The notes under the pieces are model-generated. The model searched no databases and was not told where the DNA came from. It was given only the letters and a program-made list of their open reading frames with translations. The translations under genes were made by a program, and so were the position numbers. Below are positions 50,003 to 62,595 of a stretch of 64,000 bases of DNA, piece by piece. This DNA is from Candidatus Latescibacterota bacterium. GTDB taxonomy: Bacteria > Latescibacterota > UBA2968 > UBA8231. Each line of letters opens with the position of its first letter. Within the stretch, counting starts at the first letter, position 1. The DNA is taken from positions 4,192,001-4,256,000 of the forward strand of contig CBDCDC010000002.1 in NCBI GenBank assembly GCA_965215195.1. The letters run 5' to 3'.

Positions 50003-51574
50003 ATGAATGCCGTACCATGCCGATGGCTGAGCGCACTCCTAGGGGCCGGGGTGCTGGCGAGCTGCAAGGTAAACGCCCCCCAAATTCCCAGCACTAATTT
50101 CCAGATCAGCATCCCGGTCGCCGACGACCGGACGACGGTGCAGGACTTGGCCGGCGAGCGCACCGATTTCCTCAAGATCGACGACGAGGGCCTGCTCGCG
50201 GTCGATTTTACAGCGGACTTCAACCACCGCGAAGAAGTCGGCGATCGCCTGCGCGTCGCGCCCGTTTCTGCGGCCTTTGCGGTGCCGATTGGATCGGCTG
50301 ACGCTGCCATTGCCAAGACCGAGGCCCTCGCCTTTGCCGACGACCGCATCCAAATCGCGCACGCGGTCATCGCCGAGGGCGGCCTGACCCTCAAGGCGAC
50401 CAACCAGACCGCGATTCCCTTGCAGATCGAGCTGATCTTGGACGACGTCACAAGGCCGGACGGTACGCCCCACGCCTTCCGCATGGACGCGCTCGCCCCC
50501 GGCCAGAGCGAGGCCGTGCCCTTTGACTTGGCCGGCAGCGAATTGGCCCCGCAGACCCCCCTCGAATTGCGGTTTTCATACCGAGTGCAAGGCGAGTTCG
50601 CAGCGGCTGACGCCACCGACGAACTCCTGCTAGAGGTCGAGACCGAGGATTTGCTCCTCGGCCGCGTCGAAGGGGTGCTCAATGAGGTCATCCTTCCGGT
50701 CGCCCCGGTCGCTCGCACAGTTGATTTTCCCGCCGGCTTAGACCAGATCGCCTTCAGCGCAGCCGCCCTAGAAGTCGGCCTGACGTCGGGCGTTGGTTTC
50801 CGCAGCCGCATCGACCTCCACATCGAGGGCTCCAACGGCCACGGCGAGCGGGATGCCCTGACCATTTCCGCCATGTTCCAGCGCGGCGACCCAGACCACC
50901 CGGTGTCCCTCGCCTTGTCGCTGGCCTCGGCCGAGCTGACCGAGTTTCTCAACCTGTTGCCGACCCAAGTCGCGGTCGCGCCGACCGTGCGCATCGGCGA
51001 CGGCGAGGCCGTGGAGGTGATCGACGCTAGCCATTGGGTGCAGATCGACCAAGTGCGCTTTGCCACACAGGGCCACTTTCAGCTAGAGGAAGACACCCGC
51101 ATTGAGTTCGACCCGATCTTCCGCCGCCTACAGGACGACGATGCCCGTCGCCGCATCCGCGCCGGGCTCGACAGTGCGGCCGTACTTACCGCGATTGAAA
51201 ATCACCTGCCCACCGCGATCCGCGTCAGCCTGTGGGTCGCGCCGAGGGCCGAAGATGTGTACGGCCGCGAAGACCTGTTCGCCGACAACGAGGCCAACGG
51301 CTATCTGCGGATTCCCAAGCAGGGTTCCTTTGCGGTGGGGGCCGGCGAGGTCGGCCCCGCAGGACAGGTTGTGGCGAGTGCATTCAGCCACCAACGGATC
51401 GCGCTCTCGGACGAAGATGTAGAGGTCTTTCTGCAGGAGAAGGGCGTCTATACGGGCATGTTGATCGAGCTGGACGAGACGCCGCGCGAGGTCGTGATGC
51501 GGGGGAGCGACTTTGTCGCAGTGGAGGCTGGGGCGGTGATTTTCATGGAGTTCAACGAGGGCGTGGTCGAGTAG
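50003..51574 (+). CDS. Hypothetical beta-rich lipoprotein
   Basis: Lipobox LASC; 523 aa, acidic and beta-strand rich. Confidence 0.72.
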   Translation: MNAVPCRWLSALLGAGVLASCKVNAPQIPSTNFQISIPVADDRTTVQDLAGERTDFLKIDDEGLLAVDFTADFNHREEVGDRLRVAPVSAAFAVPIGSADAAIAKTEALAFADDRIQIAHAVIAEGGLTLKATNQTAIPLQIELILDDVTRPDGTPHAFRMDALAPGQSEAVPFDLAGSELAPQTPLELRFSYRVQGEFAAADATDELLLEVETEDLLLGRVEGVLNEVILPVAPVARTVDFPAGLDQIAFSAAALEVGLTSGVGFRSRIDLHIEGSNGHGERDALTISAMFQRGDPDHPVSLALSLASAELTEFLNLLPTQVAVAPTVRIGDGEAVEVIDASHWVQIDQVRFATQGHFQLEEDTRIEFDPIFRRLQDDDARRRIRAGLDSAAVLTAIENHLPTAIRVSLWVAPRAEDVYGREDLFADNEANGYLRIPKQGSFAVGAGEVGPAGQVVASAFSHQRIALSDEDVEVFLQEKGVYTGMLIELDETPREVVMRGSDFVAVEAGAVIFMEFNEGVVE

Positions 51575-53017
51575 GTGCAAGGCAAGGGATTGATCGTTGT
51601 AGCGGCCCTGCTCGGCGCCGGGGCCTACGGGCCGGTGGCCGCTGTCCCGGGCGACGCCAGCCCGCGGGCCGTGGCGCTGGGCCAAGCCTATACGGCCTTG
51701 GCTCGGGGGCCGGAAGCCGTCTTCTGGAATCCGGCGAATTTAGCGCTGGCGGGCAGCCGCAAGTTTTCTTGGGACCTGCTCGGCGCGGGCCTTTGCGTGG
51801 CTGCGGAAAACAACAGTTTTTCGGTCGCTACGTACAACGCCCACTTTACGGCCGCCAACCACAACGTATCGCCCAACGGCAGCCCGTACTACATCAGCCC
51901 GGTGACCAAAAAGAAACTGCTCGCCGACATCCCAGACGCCGGCCTGCGCCTGAACGGGCACATTGAGCCGACGCTCGCCGCCGGCCTCCCGCTCAACGGG
52001 GGCATAGCCTTTGCCATCGGGGAAACGCGCTCGGCCATTGCCGTGGGGTTTACCAGCGGGGTCGAGAGCGAAATCCCCAAGGACGTATTAGAGCTTTTCT
52101 TTTTTGGCAACGAATTTGCAGAGGCCCGCTTGGCGGGCGGCAAGGGCGAAGGGTACGACATCAGCGACTGGAATGGAGCGGGATGGGCCGTGGGCACACT
52201 CAATGTCGCCGTTGCAAAGCCCGCCCTGCCAGTGCGTTTTGCGCCTTATCTAAGCGAGTTCACAGTCGGCAGTACGCTCAAGCTCTCGATGGGCACGTAC
52301 GGAGAAATTATCGAATCCGGCGGCACCGGGCTCGTGGCCCGCGTCGGCGGTGCTGAGGCGGATGCTTGGCTGATTGCCCAGTACGCCAAAATGGGCGTCG
52401 GCGTTGGCATTGACGTTGGCATTGCTGGCCGAGCCAAAAATCGCAAGACGACCTTCAGCTTGAGTGTGCTCAACTTGCTCGACACCTTCTCTTGGAATGA
52501 GGGGGTGCGCCAAGATTCCATTTTCCTCGCGGCCAACGAGCTGCGTATTTCCCGCTTTTTGGACGCGGACTCGCGGTCCATCGAGGACGTGTTCGACAAC
52601 CCGGATTTCGATGGCGACGGCGATCCAGAATTCAACAAGCAGATCGGCCAGAAGCCCTTCTCGCGCTCGCTGCCGGCCGTGCTGCGGCTCGGGGTGGCCT
52701 ATCAGGCCAAGCCTCAGCTAACAGTGGTTGGCAATTGGGACCAGGCGTTTAGTTCTACGTTTGGGATGCGGACTCGGCCGCGGCTGGCCAGCGGGGTCGA
52801 GTACTGGCTGGCGGACTGGCTGCCGGCCCGCATCGGCCTGTCGCTGGGCGGGCGGAGCAACAGCTCGGCGGTCGGCTTTGCCTTTGGCCCGTTTGTGCTG
52901 TCGTCCATGCAGCTCCGCTTCTTGGAGACCAGCCTCGCCATGCGCGGCGGCCTCTTTCCGGGCAAGGCGAAGGGCACGGCCATTTCCGTGATGCTCTTTC
53001 GCTTGAGTCTGGTCTGA
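51575..53017 (+). CDS. Outer-membrane beta-barrel (PorV-like N-terminus, DUF5723-like)
   Basis: PRAVALGQAYTALARGPEAVFWNPANLA, GVGIDVG, LPAVLRLG, GVEY. Confidence 0.72.
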   Translation: MQGKGLIVVAALLGAGAYGPVAAVPGDASPRAVALGQAYTALARGPEAVFWNPANLALAGSRKFSWDLLGAGLCVAAENNSFSVATYNAHFTAANHNVSPNGSPYYISPVTKKKLLADIPDAGLRLNGHIEPTLAAGLPLNGGIAFAIGETRSAIAVGFTSGVESEIPKDVLELFFFGNEFAEARLAGGKGEGYDISDWNGAGWAVGTLNVAVAKPALPVRFAPYLSEFTVGSTLKLSMGTYGEIIESGGTGLVARVGGAEADAWLIAQYAKMGVGVGIDVGIAGRAKNRKTTFSLSVLNLLDTFSWNEGVRQDSIFLAANELRISRFLDADSRSIEDVFDNPDFDGDGDPEFNKQIGQKPFSRSLPAVLRLGVAYQAKPQLTVVGNWDQAFSSTFGMRTRPRLASGVEYWLADWLPARIGLSLGGRSNSSAVGFAFGPFVLSSMQLRFLETSLAMRGGLFPGKAKGTAISVMLFRLSLV

Positions 53018-53170
53018 GCGGCCTTAGGTCTTTTTTGTCCATTCCAACGAGTGCTACAATGTCCCATTCGATGGGTTGGATGTGTCAAAAAGAGGCATAT
53101 CGGCGCTGGTACGGTATTTGCGTTTGCAATCATTCGGATAGGCAAAACCGACTTCTGAGAGGGAATCGAC

Positions 53171-55759
<2,589 letters not shown>

Positions 55760-55921
55760 CCGGGGGTCAATGGTCAGCCCCCGCCTCCATAGGGCGCGGT
55801 GCGGAGACGAGTTTAGTTAAGCGAACAATGCGTGGCGCGCCCTCTTTTGCCCCGTCATTGGCCGTTTGCATCCCTTCGACAGGCGCATACCCCTTGTACT
55901 GGCGCGTACTAAGGAACGCTT

Positions 55922-56046
55922 CCTTACTACACGACACCAGCCCTCAGCCGGCCAAGGATCGAGGGCATCTTGCCCTCGGCGAGGGCGGGACGCCCTCGAT
56001 CCCGCACCCAGCGGAAACAGCAGAAAAGGCGTACTCAAAGTAAGGG
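55922..56046. repeat. REP/MITE-like element, copy 2 (longer)
   Basis: Same as copy 1 plus ~32-bp extra segment with a second inverted hairpin; flanked by direct repeat GTACTAAGGAACGCTTC (55906 and 56051). Confidence 0.8.
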
Positions 56047-56159
56047 TCGTGTACTAAGGAACGCTTCTAAGGCGGGAACCGCGATTTAGTGCTTGTCGTC
56101 TTTTTTGTGAACATTGAAAATTATCCGTACTTTCACACTCTTTTTCAGAGAGGAAATCC

Positions 56160-57548
56160 ATGAGAACGTTGCGCTTTTCCCTGCTCATTTTGAGCCTCGC
56201 CGTGGCTGGCAATGCCCAAGCCAGCGAGAACATGCAGCTCCTGCGCGAGATGAGCGATGGCTTCGCCGAACTCGCCGCGCAGGTCAAGCCCGGCGTCGTA
56301 AAAATCACTACAGAGGGCACCGAGGAGGGCCGCGTATTTGACCTTCCGTGGAGAAGGCCCTTCCGCGTCCCGGACCAGCCGCGCCAAGGCCAAGGCTCGG
56401 GCGTGATCGCTGAATTTGACGGCTATCAGTACATCATCACCAACAACCACGTGATTCGCCACGCCGACGACATTCGCGTAGAAGTGACGGATTCGCGTTT
56501 CTTCGAAGCCGAGGTGGTCGGCCGCGATTCGTTGAGCGATGTCGCCGTGCTGAAAATTGACGCCGAAGATCTACCCACCTTGCCATTGGGCGACTCAAAC
56601 CAGTTACGCGAGGGCGAGTGGGTGATGGCCATAGGCAATCCCTTGGGCTTTGCCCACTCGGTGACGATGGGCACGGTCAGTGCGCTGGGGCGGGATCGTT
56701 TCGGCCCCCGAGAGTACGGCTCTTTCATCCAGACCGACGCGGCCCTCAATAAGGGCAATAGCGGCGGTGCCCTAGTCAATTTGCGCGGGGAGCTCGTGGG
56801 CATCAACACCGCCATCACCAGCAACGATGGCGGCAATATAGGCATTGGTTTTGCCATTCCGATCAATTTGGTCCAGCACGTGACCGAGCAACTTATTGAG
56901 CACGGCGAGGTGCGGCGCGGCCTACTCGGCGTGCGTATCAGCGACTTGGAGCCGCTGTTGGCCGAAGCCATGGGGCTGGACAACACCCACGGCGTGTTGA
57001 TCAATAGCGTCAGCCCCGGGCGAGCGGCCGATAAGGCCGGCGTCAAAAGGGACGACATCGTGCTGGAGGTTGATGGCCAGTCCGTGCGTAACGCGGTTGA
57101 GCTGAAGAGTCGGATCGGGCGCACGGCCCCCGGCGTGGAGGTTGAGTTGCTGGTGTTGCGCGATGGCAAGAGGAAGCGCATCGAGGTTGAGCTGGAGGCC
57201 CTGACCGAGGAGGTCCTTGCTGCCACAGCCGGTGCCCGCGATTCCAAGGAGGCTCGGGGGCCGTTGGGAATCAGGGTGGAGGACCTAAAGGAGGAATGGG
57301 CGGAAAGCTTGGGGTACGAAGACGAATCTGGGGTGGTGATCGTGCGGGTGGCCAGAGGCAGTGAGGCGGCGAAGCGGGGTTTGCGCCGAGGGATGCTCAT
57401 TCAGGAAATCAACGGCGAACAGGTGGAAACCGTGGAAGATTACGAGGATGTGTTAGAAGAAATTGAGCCTGGGAGCGCGTTTATGATGCGGGTGCTGGGA
57501 GAGCGAGGGACGCCGCGGCTGGTAGGGATGCGGATGCCCGTAAATTGA
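56160..57548 (+). CDS. HtrA/DegP (Do) serine endopeptidase with two PDZ domains
   Basis: TNNHV, SDVAVLKI, GNSGGAL; signal peptide. Confidence 0.94.
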   Translation: MRTLRFSLLILSLAVAGNAQASENMQLLREMSDGFAELAAQVKPGVVKITTEGTEEGRVFDLPWRRPFRVPDQPRQGQGSGVIAEFDGYQYIITNNHVIRHADDIRVEVTDSRFFEAEVVGRDSLSDVAVLKIDAEDLPTLPLGDSNQLREGEWVMAIGNPLGFAHSVTMGTVSALGRDRFGPREYGSFIQTDAALNKGNSGGALVNLRGELVGINTAITSNDGGNIGIGFAIPINLVQHVTEQLIEHGEVRRGLLGVRISDLEPLLAEAMGLDNTHGVLINSVSPGRAADKAGVKRDDIVLEVDGQSVRNAVELKSRIGRTAPGVEVELLVLRDGKRKRIEVELEALTEEVLAATAGARDSKEARGPLGIRVEDLKEEWAESLGYEDESGVVIVRVARGSEAAKRGLRRGMLIQEINGEQVETVEDYEDVLEEIEPGSAFMMRVLGERGTPRLVGMRMPVN

Positions 57549-57550
57549 GT

Positions 57551-59653
57551 ATGCGCTCGCAAGCTATATGGCACCCGGCCGCGCTGGCCGTGTACATCCG
57601 CCTCGAATTCCACCTGACCGGCGCAGCAGCCAAAGGGCTGCTGCGCTGTGCTGCGAGTGGGCCATACGAGGTGTACTTGAACGGCGAGCGAGTGGGTAGG
57701 GGATTGGGGCCAGCGGTGGCCGAGGTTGCGGTATGGGAGCAATTCGCGTTGGACGCCGCCCTGCGGGAGGGCGAAAATGTGCTGTTGGTTTTTGCCATAG
57801 GCTGCGGCACAGCAGATTGGTTCCGCGCCGAGGGAAAAATCGAGCGCAGCGATGGGGCCGAGCAGGTGCTGTACAGCGGCGCACCTTGGCAGGTGCAGCC
57901 GGCCGATGCTTGGCAGGGCGCGGCTGGCTATGCAGCCGTGTTGGCACCGGCTGAGTGGGCCGAAGGGCGGTTTGCGGGATGGCGGGAAGCGGCCGTGGTG
58001 GCTGGGGCCGAGCCGAGGGCTTGGTCGCCGTTGCCGGCAGTGGAAAGCATGGTGTGGGCGCGGGAGGTGGTGGCTTTTGGCGAGGTAGCTAGCGAGGGTG
58101 CGCTCGAATGGGTTGCCCACCCCGAGCCCATGCAGACCGCCAAATGCGTGCGGCGGGAAGCGTGCCTGACAGCCGGTAAGACCCACTCCTTGGTACAGAC
58201 AGCAGACGCAGCTCGGGCCGCGTACCTAGTTTTGGACTTCGGGCGGTTGCTGTGCGGATTCCCCCATCTGCGGCTGCGGGGCCGGGCCGGTGCGGTAATT
58301 GACCTAGGTTTTGCGCGAGCGGCCGGCGCGGTGGAATCGCGCTTGCGCTACGTGTGCCGCGACGGGTTGCAGGAGTGGACAGCTCCGCAGTTGGCGATGT
58401 GCCGCTACCTAGCGGTGCGGATCGGATCGTGTCCAGAGGCCGTGGAAATAGACAGTGTCTCGTTGGTGGAGCGGCGCGTGGTCGTTGCGGCGCACGGGCG
58501 CTTTACAACCGTGGGCGAAGGCTGGGAGCGGTTGTGGCGGACCGGAGCGCAAACCTTAGCCGCTAGCCGCCAAGAGGGGTACGTTCTCGGCGAGGAACGG
58601 CTCAGCTGGGACCAGCTCTACGTTTGGGCCATGAACGATTTGTACGCGACTGGCTGCGTGGATACGGCGTGCGCCGTGCTGGCCGGCAGCGAGGCACCGC
58701 TGGGCCGAGTACAGGCCTGTTTCCACGCGCTGTTCGTCGAGCTGGTACAGCGCCACGACGGCACCCGATTGACTACCGAGCGGCTAGCGAACCTAGTGAA
58801 CAGCTTGCAAACAGCCGAGGATGAGGCCGCGCCGGCGACCGCTGCTGTCGCCCTGCGAGCCGGAGCGTGGCAAGCGGTCGCGGCCTTGTGCCGGAGTGCC
58901 GGCGATCGCCAGCAAGCCGCCCAATGCGAGCGCGCCTATCACCGAGCGCGCAAGGGATTGCAAGCTGCGTGGAGCGAAGAGCAAGGGCTTTTTGCCGATG
59001 CCGCCGGGTCCGCTGATGGCAGCCGCTGGGCGAATGCCTTAGTGCTCTACTTTGCTTTGGCTAACCCGAGGCAGCAGGTGCGGGTCGCGCAGCACCTAGC
59101 CAGCAGCTTGGCGTCAGAAGGCGATTTGTGGCAGGCGTTTTTCGTGGCCGGGGCCCTGTGGCGGGCGGGTGCCGCTGCGGCGGCCTTGGCGTACGTCCAG
59201 AGAAAATGGGGCCGCTTGCTGGTGCGCCCGGGCCGGACGTGGGGCGAGAAGGCCGGATCGTTGGCCGCGCAACCCGGGCCGGAGAGCTTGCTGGCGGCGC
59301 ACGTGCTCGGGGTTGTGCCCAAGGCCGAGGGGATCTTGGAGATTCGGCCGCAGTTGTCCGGGCTCGAACGCGCCGAGGGCGTCGTGCCCACGCCACACGG
59401 CCAGGTCGAGATCGCTTGGGGGGCCTATGGCGGCGGCTTTTCCGCGCGCCTTTCCGTGCCGCACGACGGCGAAACGCACCTGTCCGTCCCCCGCCGCGAC
59501 AAGCGCTTCCCCCAAATTGAGATCAACGGCGAGACCGTGTGGCGCAACGAGAAGGCCCACCCCAATTTCCACGTGCAGGAGCTGATCAGCCAAGAGGAGC
59601 GGGTGGTGATGGTGTTGCGGCGGGCCGGGCAGTACGAGATTTTGGTGGAGTAG
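57551..59653 (+). CDS. Divergent GH78 alpha-L-rhamnosidase-like protein
   Basis: YEVYLNGERVG, LREGENVL, VLDFGR, C-terminal PQLSGLERAEGVVPTPHGQVEIAW; catalytic motifs not recognisable. Confidence 0.65.
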   Translation: MRSQAIWHPAALAVYIRLEFHLTGAAAKGLLRCAASGPYEVYLNGERVGRGLGPAVAEVAVWEQFALDAALREGENVLLVFAIGCGTADWFRAEGKIERSDGAEQVLYSGAPWQVQPADAWQGAAGYAAVLAPAEWAEGRFAGWREAAVVAGAEPRAWSPLPAVESMVWAREVVAFGEVASEGALEWVAHPEPMQTAKCVRREACLTAGKTHSLVQTADAARAAYLVLDFGRLLCGFPHLRLRGRAGAVIDLGFARAAGAVESRLRYVCRDGLQEWTAPQLAMCRYLAVRIGSCPEAVEIDSVSLVERRVVVAAHGRFTTVGEGWERLWRTGAQTLAASRQEGYVLGEERLSWDQLYVWAMNDLYATGCVDTACAVLAGSEAPLGRVQACFHALFVELVQRHDGTRLTTERLANLVNSLQTAEDEAAPATAAVALRAGAWQAVAALCRSAGDRQQAAQCERAYHRARKGLQAAWSEEQGLFADAAGSADGSRWANALVLYFALANPRQQVRVAQHLASSLASEGDLWQAFFVAGALWRAGAAAAALAYVQRKWGRLLVRPGRTWGEKAGSLAAQPGPESLLAAHVLGVVPKAEGILEIRPQLSGLERAEGVVPTPHGQVEIAWGAYGGGFSARLSVPHDGETHLSVPRRDKRFPQIEINGETVWRNEKAHPNFHVQELISQEERVVMVLRRAGQYEILVE

Positions 59654-59660
59654 CGGCGAC

Positions 59661-60311
59661 ATGACCACAGCACCTCTCTACCACGTCTTATACAAGTCGC
59701 CCGACGCGCCCCCCGAAGGTGCGCCGCTGCTCCTGCTTTTGCACGGCTATGGTGCCAATGAAGAAGACCTGCTGGGCTTGGTGCCGCACTTGGATGCGCG
59801 GCTCCTTTGCGCGAGTGCCCGCGCACCCTACGCGCTCGATTTCGGCGGCTTTGCATGGTTTAATATCGAGATAGGTTCGGAGGGGGTGCGCTTTGATTTT
59901 GCCGAGGCCGAAGAACCGCTAGTGCAGGTCTTAGCCTTAGTAGAAGCGCTGCGGCGAACGCATCGGCCAGCTCGCATCTTCATCGCGGGGTTCAGCCAAG
60001 GGGCGAGCATGGCACTGGCGGCCGCGCTAAAGCGGCCTCGGGACTTCGCCGGGGTCATTGCATTGAGCGGGTTGTGCTGTCCAGAGATGTTGCCGCAGGA
60101 TGTGGCGTCGGTGCGGGGCCTGAAGGTTTTTATGTCGCACGGGCGGTTTGATCCGGTCATCCCCATTGCCCAAGCCCGCGCTTCTAGAGACTTGCTCGCT
60201 CCCCTCGGCCTGGACCTGCTGGACAAAGAATACGACATGCCCCACGCGATTGCCCAGCCGTGCTTAGAGGACTTAGCCTCTTGGCTGCGGGCGCGGCTGG
60301 ACACCCCTTAG
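59661..60311 (+). CDS. Phospholipase/carboxylesterase (alpha/beta hydrolase)
   Basis: LHGYGANE, GFSQG, HGRFDPVIP, MPHAI. Confidence 0.9.
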   Translation: MTTAPLYHVLYKSPDAPPEGAPLLLLLHGYGANEEDLLGLVPHLDARLLCASARAPYALDFGGFAWFNIEIGSEGVRFDFAEAEEPLVQVLALVEALRRTHRPARIFIAGFSQGASMALAAALKRPRDFAGVIALSGLCCPEMLPQDVASVRGLKVFMSHGRFDPVIPIAQARASRDLLAPLGLDLLDKEYDMPHAIAQPCLEDLASWLRARLDTP

Positions 60312-60316
60312 AAAAT

Positions 60317-61426
60317 TCAGGAAAGCAGAGAGTTGACCCGCGCTGGCGTGAGCCGGTGGCCGAAAAGCGGCTGCGAGCGGGTGTGGGTTGAGCACTGCCA
60401 AGTGGCGAAAAGCCCGCCGTCTGCTTCTGTCAGCACGGATGCGTAGCGCGAGCAGCCCGTGCCTTCTGGCGAGACGAAGAGCGGCTGGAGGCGGCTGAGG
60501 CGGTGGAGGCGCGGAAACTGGCGATCGAAGCCATAGGCCAAGCCGCCCAATTCCTCGCAGGAATAACCGCGCGGCCGGGCGACCCCCTTTGCATGCGCTT
60601 TGAGCGGGTGCATGGACTCGGCCCCGTCGTAGAAATAGAGCGAGAGCGAGGGCAAACAAGCAAACGCGCCCACTTTGGGCACAGGCAGGCGGCAGGTGAC
60701 GCGCAAGGCCGCCACATCCCAGGTCGGGCCGCGGGGAAAGAAGTCGTGGCCGTGGCTCTCGCACGAATCAGCCGCGAGCACGGCGCGGCCCGAAGTGCTG
60801 GCAGACCAAGTGTACGGATGGGCGCAGTAAAGCAGCAGGGGCTGCCGGCCCATTCCGGCCGAGAGGTTGGGGTCTTTGAGGTGCAGATAGGCTGGATCAT
60901 CGCTCGTCAGCAGGGGGGCAATTGACTCCTGCGGGTCGAGCCGGTCGATGCGGGTGGCGGCAAAGGCGTCGATGCTCCAGACGCCGGTGCCCGGCTTCTG
61001 AAAAGCGGCGACGGGCCGTGGGTAAAGGCGCACTTTTTCGGTGGAGACTAGCACTTGAACGCGGCGCTTGTTGAGGCGCAGAGCGCTGCCCTCAATGCTG
61101 AGCACGGCCGAGCCGCAGTAGAGGTCGGATTTGTCCCAAGTGCGCACCTCGGCAAAGCTCCGTCCATGGTCGGTTGAGCGAAAGATGGCTAGGGCGCGGC
61201 CTCGGGAGCCGGCCGTCAGCCCGCTGCGGCTGTCGCCAGCGTCGCGGTAGCGCCCAATGAGCAAGAGGCTGCCGTCGCGGGGGTCGCGGACCGAGTTGCC
61301 GCCGCCGAACCAGAAGCCATCGCGGTCCTCGGTCGGCTCGACGAGGCGGCGGCCGCGCTTTGGGTCGATGAGACGAGTGCCGAGGCGGATGAGTTTGCGT
61401 TCCAGCGCGAGGGGTAGCTTGTCCAT
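60317..61426 (-). CDS. Hypothetical beta-propeller (Asp-box/sialidase-like) protein
   Basis: FRSTDHGRSF Asp-box, HLKDP, SRYASV; start likely MDKLP at 61426. Confidence 0.55.
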   Translation of the reverse strand: MDKLPLALERKLIRLGTRLIDPKRGRRLVEPTEDRDGFWFGGGNSVRDPRDGSLLLIGRYRDAGDSRSGLTAGSRGRALAIFRSTDHGRSFAEVRTWDKSDLYCGSAVLSIEGSALRLNKRRVQVLVSTEKVRLYPRPVAAFQKPGTGVWSIDAFAATRIDRLDPQESIAPLLTSDDPAYLHLKDPNLSAGMGRQPLLLYCAHPYTWSASTSGRAVLAADSCESHGHDFFPRGPTWDVAALRVTCRLPVPKVGAFACLPSLSLYFYDGAESMHPLKAHAKGVARPRGYSCEELGGLAYGFDRQFPRLHRLSRLQPLFVSPEGTGCSRYASVLTEADGGLFATWQCSTHTRSQPLFGHRLTPARVNSLLS

Positions 61427-61488
61427 AAGCAGTCGCGCTAAGTATGACAAAAAAGACACAAAAGTGTCAAGCAAATGACACATGGCCG

Positions 61489-62505
61489 TCAGGCATCCCA
61501 GCCGGCCAGTTCTTGGCGGGCGATGGCTGCCATGGCGTCGAGCCAAGCCGGGTGGTCGTTGAGGCAGGGCACTAGGTGGAATTGGTGGCCGCCCCCGCGG
61601 GCAAACTGCTCGGCCCCTTCGCGGCCAATCTCGTCGAGCGTCTCGAGGCAGTCGGCCGTGAAGCCGGGGCAGATGGCAACTAAGCGCCGCACGCCCTGCC
61701 CCCCAAGACGCGCCAGCACGTCCTCGGTATAAGGCTCTAGCCAAGGCTCTTTGCCGAAGCGCGACTGAAAGCCGCTGACCCACTCGTCGTCTGCAAGGCC
61801 AAGGGCTGTGGCTAATCGGCGTGCGGTTTCCTCGCAGTGGCGGCGGTAAGGGTCGCCTTCATGGACGTAGCGCTGGGGAATGCCGTGGAAGGTGATTAGG
61901 TAGCGGTCGGGCGTCCAACTGAGGCGGGCGACCGCTGTGGCGACCGACTGTTTGAGCGCATTGATGTACGCGGGGTGGTCTGGGTAGGGCGGGACGAAGC
62001 GCAGGGCCGGCATCTGGCGTTTGCGGTCGAAAAACCAAGGGCAGCGCCGGCCCAAGGCCGCGCGATTGACCGCGTCGTAGATCGAGCCGGTGGTGGCGCA
62101 GGAAAACTGCGGGTACATGGGAAAGACGAGGATGCGCTCAACGCCTTTTCGCTCTAGGGACTGGACGGCGCGGGCGATGCTCGGCTCGCCGTAGCGCATG
62201 CCGAGCACAACCCTATACGCCGCGCCCAACCGCTCTTGCAAGCCGCGAGTCTGGGCTTGGGAATGGACCATGAGGGGCGAGCCTTCGTCGGTCCAGATAT
62301 TGGCGTACAGGGCGGCCGAGCGCGCGGGTCGGCGGGTGAGGACAAACAGATAGAGAATGGGATACCACCTGAGCGGGTGGAGGTCGATGACGCGCGGGTC
62401 GGAGAGAAATTGGCGCAGATAGGGCCGCAGGGCGCGGGCGGTGGGTGCTTGCGGCGTGCCGAGCTGGGCGACGAGGACGCCAATTTTGGCCGAGCTAGCG
62501 GGCAT
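61489..62505 (-). CDS. hemH: Ferrochelatase
   Basis: QLGTP, FLSDPRVI, PMYPQFS, FHGIP, FQSRFGKEPWLEP, DCLETLDEI. Confidence 0.95.
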   Translation of the reverse strand: MPASSAKIGVLVAQLGTPQAPTARALRPYLRQFLSDPRVIDLHPLRWYPILYLFVLTRRPARSAALYANIWTDEGSPLMVHSQAQTRGLQERLGAAYRVVLGMRYGEPSIARAVQSLERKGVERILVFPMYPQFSCATTGSIYDAVNRAALGRRCPWFFDRKRQMPALRFVPPYPDHPAYINALKQSVATAVARLSWTPDRYLITFHGIPQRYVHEGDPYRRHCEETARRLATALGLADDEWVSGFQSRFGKEPWLEPYTEDVLARLGGQGVRRLVAICPGFTADCLETLDEIGREGAEQFARGGGHQFHLVPCLNDHPAWLDAMAAIARQELAGWDA

Positions 62506-62595
62506 GAGCGGGCGTTTGCTGGAGGGTGGGCGGCGACTTACTTTTGACAATATATCCGAGAACGCCGTCTTGAAAAGCCCGAAGGGAGACTAGGA

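Noticed and set aside
49996-51066. Long antisense ORF (and similar ones at 9698-10780, 18359-19435, 56426-57400)
   Set aside because: Shadow frames opposite well-supported genes, expected in GC-rich DNA; no recognisable motifs.
53031-53058. CIRCE element upstream of clpB
   Set aside because: Only the right half-site (GAGTGCTA) is present; no TTAGCACTC-like arm at N9 spacing.
61427-61783. Extended 5' end of the 60317 ORF overlapping hemH
   Set aside because: The Arg-rich extension is an alternative frame of hemH; a start near 61426 is more plausible.
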